Position numbers and translations under genes: made by a program. A stretch of 64,000 nucleotides of DNA from positions 3,162,001 through 3,226,000 of the forward strand of contig CATNEN010000005.1 of NCBI GenBank assembly GCA_950097015.1, written 5' to 3'. The notes under the pieces were generated by a model that had not been told where the DNA came from, did no database searches, and saw nothing but the letters and a program-made list of their open reading frames with translations. Positions 1-13,687 of this stretch are shown piece by piece; within the stretch, counting starts at the first letter, position 1; every line of letters begins with the position of its first letter. Source of the DNA: Macrostomum hystrix (lineage: Eukaryota > Animalia > Platyhelminthes).

Positions 1-1065
<1,065 letters not shown>

Positions 1066-1209
1066 TGACGCAATAACTTGAAGTGTACGCGATAGGCGGT
1101 GCTTGAAGAAGCTAGGTTAGCTCGTCCGCATAGTCATCTGTCCTTTGGATTGGCATTAATATCAGTTGTAGTTTAGATTTAATGATTTCAGATTGAGAAT
1201 GATAAATTT

Positions 1210-2250
1210 ATAACTTCTAGGATTATTGAGATTCTAAACTTCTAGGATTGGGATCTTAACTTCTATAATTGGGATTTTAACTTCTAGGATTGGGATCCAT
1301 AGTTCTAGGATTAAGATCTTAACTTCTAGGATTAAGATTCTAACTTCTAGAATTAGGATCTTAACTTCTAGAATTGGGATCTTAACTTCTAGAATTGGGA
1401 TCTTTTAAAGTCTAGAATTGAGATCCTAACTTCTAGAATTGGAATCCATAGTTCTAGGATTGGGAGCCTAACTTCTAGATTTTGGATCTTAACTTCTATA
1501 ATTGGGATTCTAACTTCTAGGATTGGGATCTTTACTTCTAGCATTGGGATTCTAACTTTTTAGCTTTGTGATTTTAACGTTTAGGATTGGGATTCTAACT
1601 TCTAGGATTAGGATCTTAACTTCTATGATTGGGATCTTAACTTCTATGATTGGGATCTTAACTTCTTGGATTGGGATCCATAGTTCTTGGATTGGGATCT
1701 TAACTTCTAGGATTGGGATCTTAACTTTTAGCATTGGGATTTCAACTTCTAGGATTGGGATCTTAACTTTTAGCATTGGGATTTCAACTTCTAGGATTAG
1801 GATCTTAACTTCTATGATTGGGATCTTAACTTCTTGGATTGGGATCCATAGTTCTTGGATTGGGATCTTAACTTCTAGGATTGGGATCTTAACTTTTAGC
1901 ATTGGGCTTTCAACTTCTAGGATTGGGATCTTAACTTCTAGGATTGGGATCTTAACTTTTAACATTGGGATTTCAACTTCTAGGATTGGGATCTTAACTT
2001 CTAGGATTGGGATCTTAACTTCTAGGATTGGGATCTTAACTTCTAGATTTGGGATCTTAAATTCTAGAATTGGGATCTCAACTTCTAGAATTGGAATCTT
2101 AACCTCTATACTTGGGATTCTAACTTCTAGGATTAGGATCTTAACTTCTAGGATTGGGATTTTAACTTCTAGGATTGACATTCTAACTTCTAGCATTGGG
2201 TTTCTAACTTATTTGCTTTTAGAATTAGGATTCTTATTTCTAGGATTTGA
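1210..2250. repeat. 21-bp minisatellite (TTCTAGGATTGGGATCTTAAC)n downstream of U2AF2
   Basis: About 50 degenerate tandem units; the ORFs at 1552-2278 are its translation. Confidence 0.95.
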
Positions 2251-3983
2251 ATCTTTACTTTTAGCCTCAGGGATCTAAGAACTAAGCAAGTATTTGTATG
2301 ATGGAATCTAGAAATCAGTATTTGGATTTAAATTTAAACGATTGAGGCCTATATTTTAACTTCAACGACAAATATCAAATAATATATCGCGACTTAATAT
2401 TAAGTGGGAGCATTGCTAGCTTTGCACCGCGTGCTTTTGTCAACCCTGCCCTTAAATACCCGTTACATTCAGTGCATTAATTACTTTTCTTTGTTGGTCT
2501 ATTTTTACAGTTTAATGTTTCTGTACAACTTTGTCGGAATTACAGTTTATTGGTTCATAATAGTAACAGAATTATTATTAGTCAAATACTCGCTATTGTC
2601 TACTGGCTCACAGTAGTATGTCAGTAGCTTTAAAGTAAATAAAAAGCAGTTCAATTTAATAATTTCGACAATTAAATATTGGTATATTTATAGCGTTAAA
2701 TTTGTTGACACATTGTCTTATAACATTCAAAGCTCCGTTTATGCTTTTTTAATATTAATAAACTGCTTCTCAATTTGTGTGCCCCCTATTATGCCTAGTT
2801 CTTCTTTTAAGTTTCCAATATTGTCTGTCTGTTTATTGTAATTTATCTCCTCCCCTATTTGTGTGGCTGACTGTGTCTTTTATTCTTTTTTTTGCTTTTG
2901 ACAAATGTCAAGTGTACTACTTACAGCAGTAGGACACGCTTTTGTTAGTATGATGCAGTGTGTTGACTTTACTTGCATGTTTCTGTGTCTTGTTGAAGCA
3001 GCACACACCCATTTTCAGCTCGGTTATTTTAGCTACAGCGTGGCAGAAGCTAATTGTCGGATCGTCAATGAAGTCACCAGGCTTATCAATCTATCTTTCT
3101 TCCTGAATGAAAAGCAACCATAAATATTGTTTACTAATAATGTTCATTTGTAACGCCGGTCCCTGATTCGCAAAAGTTTCTGTTTGTAAAGACGCAAAAA
3201 GCTTCGAAAATGTTAGCTTTGGTTCAGCCGTGAGAGTAAGCCCCCCACTCTCTCGTGTGCGTTTGTGTGGTGAATCATTTTTTTCTGATTTTTTTTTACT
3301 TTCTTTCTATATTTTCAGCGAAAGAAGAAATCGTGTTTAGACACCGTTGCTGCAGTTCCTTTTTAGGTACAAGTTTTAGGTGCGAGTTATATTGGACTCA
3401 GACTGAGACTGGTGGTAATTCTGTGAGTTACTATGGGTTTTCAGATGAATAAGTTAGTTTTTCATGCGATACTACTTACTTAGTACTCGTTATAGTACAA
3501 TGCATATATTACGTGGTAACTACTTATGAAAAGCGTTAGTTAACTGAACTATTTAAACACAATTTTCTTAATCTCCTAACTTCCCTATTCCCATTTCAGG
3601 GGAAAGGCGTCGGTCTTTGTTTTCTCTGTTTTTAGGCGAGTCTTCTCATTCTTTTTCTTTCGAAGCAGGTCAAATTTTTTCAGGAAATCAAAACCGAGTT
3701 GAAACTGGTGACCGTTTGAGTTTCTGATGGCTATTAAAGACACGAGAAAAAACTGTTTCATATTTGTGCATTGGCATTTCTTTATCATACATAATAATTG
3801 TACGATAAAAAATAATATCGATAATTAGGCTTCTTTATGACGATTAGATCTATCAAAGTTGCTCTATTGCTTTTCTTATACTTTCGTATGGGTTGGCTAT
3901 TTTTCTCTATTGATTCTCTATCAGTTTCGATGGGTCGTGCATTCTCGCTTTTTAATATACGGCTCGTAGATCACCGTGTAGTT

Positions 3984-4318
3984 CAGGGGATGCGGCCCTC
4001 CATGCTCCCAAATCCGGCCCGCTGCCTCTACAGTATCCTCTTTATCTTCCCCCTGTCTCATCTCTCCTCTGTCTCGTCTCTATCGTGTATTATCCTTCCC
4101 CTTTCGTATCTGTCCGCTGTCTCATCTATTCCGTGTCTCGCACTACTGTGTCTCATATTTATCTCATGTCTACCCTGTCTCATCCTTGTCTCATTTCTCC
4201 TATCTCATCTCTCCTGTGTCTTATTATCCTCCCCTGTCATATCTTATCTGTGTCATCTCTTCTCTATGTCAAATTTCAATCTCTTTGGCCCGCTAGCTAA
4301 AAATTTTGCTTGCCCCTG
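3984..4318. mobile_element. Possible degenerate hAT-like non-autonomous element with low-complexity interior
   Basis: Ends CAGGGG...CCCCTG, subterminal GGCCCGC motifs, and 8-bp flanks GTGTAGTT / ATGTAGTA (6/8 match). Confidence 0.4.
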
Positions 4319-4659
4319 ATGTAGTAATTATGAGAATACGAAAATTAGTATAATTTCTTATATTTCTACTAAAAAGTAGTGCAAATCGAGCATTAAAATC
4401 GGAAAAAATCTTTCAAAATGATTTTTTTCAGCCTTCCACCCGATTCAGTCGGATAATTATTGGGCGCCGAAGGCGCCAAACAATAATAAAATTAAATCGA
4501 TTGTCCGGTTGACTTGTCAAAGACTGTTTCGACTGCTCATTCATCAAAGGAAACTAACTGTACTGTCGGGTAAGCCTATGTACATTCGTCTACTAATATC
4601 ACAGAACTTATTATAACAGTTACAAAAATAATTGTTACACCTGCCCAATTGGCCACGTG

Positions 4660-4890
4660 TGCAGCCGACAGCACAGACCAGTCCATGGACTGGGGGGACG
4701 CCACACCCACCCACCACCCTTAATTATCCAAGCCAATGCTGGTACCCATTTAACAGAGCTGGGTGAACTGAAGCAATGCGAAGTTAAGTGTCTTGCTAAA
4801 TGACACTCAGTGTTCCAATGGAGTCGGGAATCGAACCCCTGACCTTCCAGTCTTTAGTCCGACGCTCTAACTACTAAGCTAGAACCTCCT
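4660..4890 (-). mobile_element. tRNA-derived SINE family B
   Basis: Reverse complement reads TAGTAGTTAGAGCGTCGGACT...GGTTCGATTCCCGA...GTGTCATTTAGCAAGACACTTAAC...GGGTACCAGC, matching the 21385 copy. Confidence 0.8.
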
Positions 4891-4953
4891 CCCAACCGAA
4901 AAAGATTAGATTATTGTATAGATTCGAACTCGCGATCTATCCATTTCAGCCTA

Positions 4954-7900
4954 ATGGACGCAGATCTGGCCGACGGCGCTCCTCTAGGCGGCGCCGCGTC
5001 TTCGGCCTCCAGACGTCGACTGGTTGACGCAGCCGGAGCCGGGCCAGTGCCGACTCGCCTAGCTGAGGCTAGTAGGGCCCTGGCTGGCAACACGAGCACC
5101 TCGGAGCAGTACGCCTTCGCTGGCATGGCTTGCGTCATTGATCGACACGCAATAGTAGCCGATAGCGCAGATGCTGATAAATTGCATTCGAATTCTACTA
5201 AGCTAAGCATTGGAACACTGATTCGATTTGCTAATAACGATTCGTGTAGACTGGCTATTGGCGCTATAGACGGCGGTGTGTCAGTGTCGCTTGTGTCACC
5301 GGATGGGAGCCAACTATTGCAAGACTTTGCTGGCCATAGACAATCGATTTCTAGTCTAGCCTGGAGTAGCGATAATTGTTTATTATTAACTGCCTCCGTT
5401 GATGGTACAGCTAAAGTTTGGCGACTCGAGGATAATAACAAAACTAAATGCCAAGTTGTTGATCATTATGAAGATTATTGTTTGCGTCAATTTCCTACAA
5501 CTGCTACTGAAGAAATTACTCTGCCGCCTATCTTTGCGGCTGAGTTTGCTCCGTCTAATAATAACTTATTTGTTGTTGGCGGAGCTTGCGCTGGTGGAAG
5601 AGGTTTGTTCTCTAGTAGTTTAATGTTCTCAATACAAGAGAACTAGAAATATCCCTTTTGTAGGATCTAGAGATATCTATTTGTAGGCTCTAGAGATATC
5701 CCATTTGTAGCTCTAAAGATATCACATTTGTAGCTCTAGAGATATCCCATTTGTAGCTCTAGAGATATCCCATTTGTAGCTCTAGAGATATCACATTTGT
5801 AGCTCTAGAGATATCCCTTTTGTAGGCTCTAGAGATATCCCATTTGTAGCTCTAGAAATATCCCTTTTGTAGGCTCTAGAGATATCCCATTTGTAGGCTC
5901 TAGAGATATCCCATTTGTAGGCTCTAGAGATATCCCATTTGTAGGCTCTAGAGATATCACATTTTTAGCTCTAGAGATATCCCATTTGTAGGCTCTAGAG
6001 ATATCCCTTTGTAGGCTCTAGAGATATCCCATTTGTAGGCTCTAGAGATATCCATTTGTAGGCTCTAGAGACATCCATTTGTAGGCTCTAGAGATATCCC
6101 ATTTGTAGGCTCTAGAGATATCCCATTTGTAGGCTCTAGAGATATCACATTTTTAGCTCTAGAGATATCCCATTTGTAGCTCTAGAAATATCCCTTTTGT
6201 AGGCTCTAGAGATATCCCATTTGTAGGCTCTAGAGATATCCCATTTGTAGGCTCTAGAGATATCCCATTTGTAGGCTCTAGAGATATCACATTTTTAGCT
6301 CTAGAGATATCCTATTTGTAGGCTCTAGAGATATCCCTTTGTAGGCTCTAGAGATATCCCATTTGTAGGCTCTAGAGATATCCCATTTGTAGGCTCTAGA
6401 GATATCCCATTTGTAGGCTCTAGAGATATCCCATTTGTAGGCTCTAGAGATATCCCATTTGTAGGCTCTAGAGATATCCCATTTGTAGGATTTAGAGATA
6501 TCCCATTTGTAGGCTCTAGAGATATCCCATTTGTAGGATTTAGAGATATCCATTTGTAGGATTTAGAGATATCCCATATAATCCCACCATCCCTCCTCTG
6601 TACAGGCCAGCTACGCTCGGTTAACTTGAGCACCGGGCTCTGTCAGGCCTCGCTGCGCCTCCCAGCCACCGTCACCTGTTTGACATTCGGCTGCGAGTCC
6701 GTCGCTGATCCCGGCGGTCAGCTCTGGCTCGGCGACTCTGCCGGCACCCTGCTGCGCTGCCGGCTCGATCCGGCCAATGGCCGACTCACCCGATTGGCTG
6801 CCTATCACTGCTCCAATGGGACTGCTCTGCCTGCGCTTATCGACGATGGCATCTTCAGCGGAGTTGGCGGACACTCGCGAGCTGCCAACTCTGGGCCACC
6901 CATTGCCTCTCTGCAGGTGATTACAGCTGAATCAGCATGCGTTCCCTGCCTCCTTTTCTTATCCCCTAACCCCCGATTCCCACCCCCTAACCCTCGATTC
7001 CCATACCCTAACCCCCGATTCCCACCCCCTAACCCTCGATTCCCACCCCCTAACCCCCGATTCCCACCCCCTAATCCCCAATTCCCACCCCCTAACCCCC
7101 GATTCCCATCCCCTAACCTCCGATTCTCATCCCCTAACCCCCGATTCCCACCCACTACCCCCGATTCCCACCCCCTAACCACCGATTCCCACCCCCTACC
7201 CCCGATTCCCACCTCCTTATCCCCTAACCCCCGATTCCCTTCCCGTGCCCCCGATTCCCTTCCCGTGCCCCCGATTCCCTTCCCGTGCCTCCTTTTCCCA
7301 TCCCTTAATTCACAATTCCCATCCCCTAGCTCTATTTCCCATCCCCTGCCTCAATTTCCCATCCCCTAACTCTTTTTCCCATCCCCCTACCTCTTTTTCC
7401 CATCCCTCACCTCAATTTCCCTTCCCCTAACTCTGTTTCCCATCATCCATCTCTTTTTCCCATCCCCCACCTCTAGTTCCCATCCTCTACCTTTTTGTCA
7501 CCTACGTACCATTCCCTTTGCCTACGTCTTCCGTTTCCCATTTTCCCATCTACCTGCATGCATACGCCACCAGCTGTTGCCGATCATCAACTATTTATAT
7601 TCCATAGAATGGTTGAGTTCAAAACAAGTGCCTAATCTCACCTGCAATAACTCAGGCTAGAAGCTGGCTATCGAGAGAGGCTCGCGATCCTTGCCTACTT
7701 GTGTGCGCGGCCAATAGCGAAGTGTTGCTCTATTATCTAGAGTCTGGCTGCAATCTAGTAGAATCTACTAGTACTAGAATTGAATCCAACGATTTATCCA
7801 ATTCCGCTAGCTCCAACCCCAGCCGGCCAGTCCTCAGGCGTCGCATACCGATTCCATCGCCTAGTCGTGCCGCATTCTGTCCACTAATGTCATTTCGACC

Positions 7901-8093
7901 AGGCGCGTGTATTGTCTGCGCCAGCTCTGACGGTTGCGTCTATATATGCGATATTGCCAGATTAATTAGACCGATTGTCAATCAGCTGCAAGGCCACGCT
8001 GCTCCGGTAACTGATGTGGCATTCAATTATGACGAATCTTTGTTAGCTAGCGCTGATTCAGATGGTTTAGTTATTGTGTGGCGTAGAGCTTAG
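4954..8093 (+). CDS. WDR13: WD repeat-containing protein 13; exons 4954-5602, 6606-6916, 7656-8093 (N-terminus may be incomplete)
   Basis: Motifs AEASRALAGNTSTSEQYAFAGM, RFANNDSCRLA, ARSWLSREARDPCLL, FCPLMSFRPGACIV, NQLQGHAAPVTDVAFNYDESLLASAD match WDR13 as I recall it. Splice phases are consistent. Confidence 0.93.
5645..6575. repeat. About 24-bp minisatellite (CTCTAGAGATATCCCATTTGTAGG)n filling WDR13 intron 1
   Basis: Tandem units run from about 45 nt after the donor to about 30 nt before the acceptor. Confidence 0.95.
6960..7500. repeat. 21-bp C-rich minisatellite (CCCCGATTCCCACCCCCTAAC)n in WDR13 intron 2, degenerating 3'
   Basis: Tandem units visible; gives the PPPNPRF pseudo-ORF. Confidence 0.9.
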
Positions 8094-8159
8094 CGTTTTG
8101 CGAATTGGAATATCATATTGTTTTGCTTGATTAAGGTCTGCTGTTTTGTATAGTTTTAG

Positions 8160-8800
8160 TAGGTTCCGTAGATTTGAGTATAGCTTTGAATAGGGTCCGT
8201 AGATTTGAGTATAGTTTGAGTAGGGTTTGTAGATTTGAGTATAGTTTGAGTAGGGTCTGTAGATTTGAGTATAGCTTTGAATAGGGTCCGTAGATTTGAG
8301 TATAGTTTGAGTAGGGTCTGTAGATTTGAGTATAGTTTGAGTAGGGTCCGTAGATTTGAGTATAGCTTTGAATAGGGTCCGTAGATTTGAGTATAGTTTG
8401 AGTAGGGTCTGTAGATTTTTGTATAGCTTTGAATAGGGTCCGTAGATTTGAGTATAGCTTTGAGTAGGGTCCGTAGATTTGAGTATAGTTTGAGTAGGGT
8501 CTGTAGATTTGAGTATAGCTTTGAATAGGGTCCGTAGATTTGAGTATAGCTTTGAATGGGGTCTGTAGATTTGAGTATAGCTTTGAGTAAGGTCCGTAGA
8601 TTTGAGTATAGCTTGTAGGCCAGTTTCTAAAGAGTTAAGTACAGTTTGAGTAGGGTCAGTAGATTTGAGTATAGCTTTGAATAGGGTCTGTAGATTTGAG
8701 TATAGCTTTGAGTAAGGTCCGTAGATTTGAGTATAGCTTGTAGGCCGGTTTCTAAAGAGTTGAGTACAGTTTGAGTAGGGTCAGTAGATTTTAGTATTAG
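8160..8800. repeat. 30-31-bp minisatellite (GTAGATTTGAGTATAGTTTGAGTAGGGTCC)n just 3' of the WDR13 stop
   Basis: About 20 tandem units. Confidence 0.93.
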
Positions 8801-9289
8801 TTTGAATGAGGTCTAGTTAAGATTTGAGCGTAGTTTGATTAATGGCCTAGTTAGATTTGAATATGCTTGAAATTGTGTAACAAGCACTACTAACACTGTT
8901 ATTTACACGTTAATTAAGTTTATTAACCCATAACAACTTCCTCTGTTTCTCAGTCGCTTCTTGTGTTTGTACTAAAAACACTACTCATTTATTAATCATT
9001 ATCGCATACTGATAAAGTCACTAAATGATCATCCATTGTTCTTTATTTGCTCACCAGAGTTTTTTATTTATCGCTATCTTTTTTCCTGACTTTGTTAATT
9101 TAATTTTCGTTTATTTTGCTTTTGCAATTTTCAGTCGCGATTGTTACCATTTTTCTTAGCCTTTTGTGTGTCAATGTTAATAACCTGTGTTAGTTTTATG
9201 CATTCCGTTAGTTTTTTTTAAATATCCATTTTGACTTTTGTCTATGGTCCAAAGCCTATAAATATTAGACTGATATCTGACAGGTCAAA

Positions 9290-10141
9290 CAAGGACTTCT
9301 ATATAATAGCATCTGGACTGGAAACGAGAAATAAATTTCACAATTATTTTACCACATGAGGCCAATGTTTAGCCGAGCACAGCGGCTCTCCAGAGAAACA
9401 TATCTACTTAAGCCGTCACACATCTCAAGGCGCCTACATTCCAGGCATGCACATTGAATTTGGTGGAAATCCTATGTTGTGGAGAGAAATGGAGTCTACT
9501 TTTTTTCGGAGAAGCATTTCCAATTGATTTCAATGGCGTTTCAAATTGGCATTCCATCGGTCCCCAGCTGTTCACCATAGACACTTGTTCCAGAACTGCC
9601 ACGACTTATGGCCACGTAGTGGCACTAATTTGAATTGGATCAGATTTCCTAGTTGTTTCATTTCATACTCAACGTTCGCAGTTTCCTCAGTTTTCTTTGC
9701 CAAGGATTTCTGCGCCATAAAAGCATATCCTTCACTATGGTGAACAAGTGTTCCGCATTCGGTTGCAAGAGCGGCTTCGCTAATAGTTCAACGCCAGGTA
9801 CTGCGACATTTCATCAGTACCGAATCACAAAGTTCCTGCAAGTTCTACGTTACCATTGCCTACGTGTTTTCTTTGTTACCGATTGTTTGAAGCACACCTG
9901 CATATGCGTTAATCCATTTGAATTTGCGTTGCTGCTTCAAGGTACTCGTAAACATAAATTAATAATCTGAAGAAAGGAACTAGCCAGTTAACATTACATC
10001 TCTGGATTTCCGACATTTGAATTTCCGATCTTGCATTTCCCAATTTGACAGATTCCATAGAAAGCAGGGGAAAAACTGGCCTCATGAGGTAATGGTTATT
10101 TCTTCGCTTTCAGTCCAGATGCTATTATATAGAAGTCCTTG
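9290..10141 (+). mobile_element. Non-autonomous P-element-superfamily transposon with THAP-domain remnant
   Basis: Perfect 31-bp TIR CAAGGACTTCTATATAATAGCATCTGGACTG (9290-9320 / 10111-10141), 7-bp TSD GGTCAAA on both sides, and internal MVNKCSAFGCKSGFANSSTPGTATFHQY (THAP N-terminus-like) from about 9738. Confidence 0.85.
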
Positions 10142-10724
10142 GGTCAAAGCATAGCACTAGCCATCCTTATTCATTTTGTTATGTCAAGACCCTTACCTGT
10201 CTGTTTATCCTGATATCTCGTTCGTTACATTTAATTCCATTAATCATTAAAATTTGTTATTAACGAATTGTGCCGCATGCATTGACCATTTAATATTTCA
10301 TTCCTGCCTTAATAACAAGAATATTGCATACACGGCACATATATTGTAAATAATATTATATTCAGGCTTTCCTTGCTGTTTTCCAATAGTTTTCAGTTTT
10401 CTTAATCAAGTCTTTGTAAAGTCTTTGTGATTAGAACTTTGTTTGCCTACTAAATTTCAACTTTTCCTATTGGATTTCTTCCATTTTTTGTTTATTTCGC
10501 AGTTTTTTTGTTTGTAATTTAATATGCATAAATGAATTGACTAATATTTTACGGTATTATCGGAGGCATTTTTCCAATGCGTCAGTTTGGCTATCAAGCA
10601 CTGTTCAAGTTATCTGACTTAATTTGATTTGCTTCAGTATTGCTTTTTTATTGCAATTTTTTTTCTGGATCACAAAACGCAAGATAGTACGAGTACATAT
10701 CCTGTTGACACCAAATAATTCATA

Positions 10725-10830
10725 ATTAATAATTGCAGCGGGCTGCGGGCAATGGCACATATGTGCCATTGGCTCAAAAATACTGTACGCAGGCACACGC
10801 TCGCTCACACTGGTGAGTACATCTGCGTTT
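10725..10830 (-). mobile_element. SINE family A 3' fragment
   Basis: Reverse complement of GTGCCATTGCCCGCAGCCC...TGCAATTATT tail and GCAGATGTAC...GTGTGCCTGCGTAC. Confidence 0.65.
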
Positions 10831-10853
10831 CTTGTCAACGACCCAGGTGACAA

Positions 10854-11272
10854 CCCGCTAAAAATAGGGATGTTTCTTTGGGTGATTCCAGTTGGAATCT
10901 GCGGTGTTTCCAGAAAAAGAAACAGCCGAACGCTGGAAACATACCAATCGGATGATTCCATGCTTAGAATCTACCCAACTGGGCGTTTTCTCGGTACTTC
11001 TTGGTGGCGAAATGGAATCACCCAAAGAATCCTCCAGTTCGGAAGATTCCATGCTCAGAAACCGCCGAGGAATCGCCCGTAAATAATTCTCTGGTTGTCC
11101 CATGGGCCACTGGTTCAGATGATTCTTCGGCGGTTTCCGCACAATTTACGGTTACATCGGCTGCTTCCTGGGTGGTTTCTTTAACTCTTGCGAGATAGGC
11201 GGGATTTTGGTAGATTCCACTCCTATTTTGCACAAAAAACCCGCCGAAGAAGCAGCCGAATTTTTTACAGGG
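10854..11272. mobile_element. About 420-bp MITE, copy 1 (CACTA/EnSpm-like)
   Basis: Imperfect TIR CCCGCTAAAAA...TTTTTTACAGGG, 2-bp TSD AA; near-identical copies at 40916 and 58274. Confidence 0.85.
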
Positions 11273-11429
11273 AAGGTTAACTAGCATGAACCTCAATGGC
11301 GAGTCCATATTTTATTTCAACAGTATAATAATAGTATTATAAATAATTATAGCCGGTATGGTTACATGAAATTTTGTAAGCAAAAGAATTATGCCTATAT
11401 TGGTGTCTTTTGCCGCCAGACACATCGAC

Positions 11430-11580
11430 GAGAATCCTTGAATATCATGACGGTGCTGATGTTTTGTGATTCTGGAAGTTGTTTCATCGGGTAGAGCGGA
11501 AAGGTTTAGCCCGTGTTCTGCACTTTCATGGCGATCTAGTCCGTTCTTTGGTTTTATAGTTGGCTTGACCAAAATTAAAC
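11430..11580. repeat. Dispersed repeat related to the inverted arms at 54855-55515
   Basis: TGTTTTGTGATTCTGGAAGTTGTTTCATCGGGTAGAGCGGAAAGGTTTAGCCCGTGTT resembles 55415-55470 and the reverse complement of 54895-54965. Confidence 0.7.
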
Positions 11581-11812
11581 ATTATAATTGTAAATGATCA
11601 ATGATTCTTTGAAGTTTTTATGTGTACATAATCCTATAATTGGATTGTATACAATGGACCAGGAAGCACAATTTCTGTAAAAATCCTGGTAAACATTACT
11701 CAACTCGACTGTTTCAGATTCCCATCTCAGCTAATCTCATTGATGGGACTTTCTAGCACTTTTTTTAGATGGCAACTTTTATTCTGTACAGCTGAGAAAC
11801 TATTGCCTTCAC

Positions 11813-13380
11813 ATGAGAGACTGTGAAATCAGCATCAAGTCCTTGGAGTGTGTGAGAGGCTGTGCAATCAGCATCAACTCCTTGGAGTGTGTGAGAGACT
11901 GTGCAATCAGCATCAACTCCTTGGAGTGTGTGAGAGACTGTGCAATCAGCATCAACTCCTTGGAGTGTGTGAGAGACTGTGCAATCAGCATCAACTCCTT
12001 GGAGTGTGTGAGAGACTGTGCAATCAGCATCAACTCCTTGGAGTGTGTGAGAGACTGTGCAATCAGCATCAACTCCTTGGAGTGTGTGAGAGACTGTGCA
12101 ATCAGCATCAACTCCTTGGAGTGTGTGAGAGGCTGTGCAATCAGCATCAACTCCTTGGAGTGTGTGAGAGGCTGTGCAATCAGCATCAAGTCCTTGGAGT
12201 GTGTGAGAGGCTGTGCAATCAGCATCAACTCCTTGGAGTGTGTGAGAGGCTGTGCAATCAGCATCAACTCCTTGGAGTGTGTGAGAGGCTGTGCAATCAG
12301 CATCAACTCCTTGGAGTGTGTGAGAGACTGTGCAATCAGCATCAACTCCTTGGAGTGTGTGAGAGACTGTGCAATCAGCATCAACTCCTTGGAGCATGTG
12401 TGAGAGACTGTGCAATCAGCATCAACTCCTTGGAGTGTGTGAGAGGCTGTGCAATCAGCATCAACTCCTTGGAGTGTGTGAGAGGCTGTGCAATCAGCAT
12501 CAACTCCTTGGAGTGTGTGAGAGGCTGTGCAATCAGCATCAACTCCTTGGAGTGTGTGAGAGGCTGTGCAATCAGCATCAACTCCTTGGAGTGTGTGAGA
12601 GACTGTGCAATCAGCATCAACTCCTTGGAGTGTGTGAGAGGCTGTGCAATCAGCATCAACTCCTTGGAGTGTGTGAGAGGCTGTGCAATCAGCATCAACT
12701 CCTTGGAGTGTGTGAGAGACTGTGCAATCAGCATCAACTCCTTGGAGTGTGTGAGAGGCTGTGCAATCAGCATCAACTCCTTGGAGTGTGTGAGAGACTG
12801 TGCAATCAGCATCAAGTCCTTGGAGTGTGTGAGAGACTGTGCAATCAGCATCAACTCCTTGGAGTGTGTGAGAGGCTGTGCAATCAGCATCAACTCCTTG
12901 GAGTGTGTGAGAGACTGTGCAATCAGCATCAACTCCTTGGAGTGTGTGAGAGACTGTGCAATCAGCATCAAGTCCTTGGAGTGTGTGAGAGGCTGTGCAA
13001 TCAGCATCAACTCCTTGGAGTGTGTGAGAGACTGTGCAATCAGCATCAACTCCTTGGAGTGTGTGAGAGGCTGTGCAATCAGCATCAACTCCTTGGAGTG
13101 TGTGAGAGGCTGTGCAATCAGCATCAACTCCTTGGAGTGTGTGAGAGGCTGTGCAATCAGCATCAACTCCTTGGAGTGTGTGAGAGACTGTGCAATCAGC
13201 ATCAACTCCTTGGAGTGTGTGAGAGGCTGTGCAATCAGCATCAACTCCTTGGAGTGTGTGAGAGACTGTGCAATCAGCATCAAGTCCTTGGAGTGTGTGA
13301 GAGGCTGTGCAATCAGCATCAAGTCCTTGGAGTGTGTGAGAGGCTGTGCAATCAGCATCAAGTCCTTGGAGTGTGTGAGA
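11813..13380. repeat. 39-bp minisatellite (TGTGCAATCAGCATCAACTCCTTGGAGTGTGTGAGAGAC)n, about 40 units
   Basis: Highly homogeneous units with two biallelic sites and one 2-nt insertion at about 12395. Confidence 0.97.
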
Positions 13381-13687
13381 TATTTATCATGCAGCATGCC
13401 TGGTTTGCTATTTGCCGATTTGCATTTTGAGCAGCCATACTGAGAGATAATGTGAGCTAGTGCTGATGCACTTTATTCAATCGGAAGCTGTGGATCCGAG
13501 TGTGGCACCAAACAAAATCCTTATAAATGACATTTTAACCAACTTCACGAATCAGTTGCAACCAATGGCAGCACAGTAGTGTAATATACTCTTCCCAATC
13601 TGCTCTCCCCAAATTATAAGAAGTGATACACCGGCTTTGCCACTACCCACAATAAAATTCGAGTCGATCAGTCAGAAAGCCACCAAG

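Noticed and set aside
4461-4480. GGCGCC-GAA-GGCGCC mini-hairpin
   Set aside because: Single short palindrome with no supporting context in the window.
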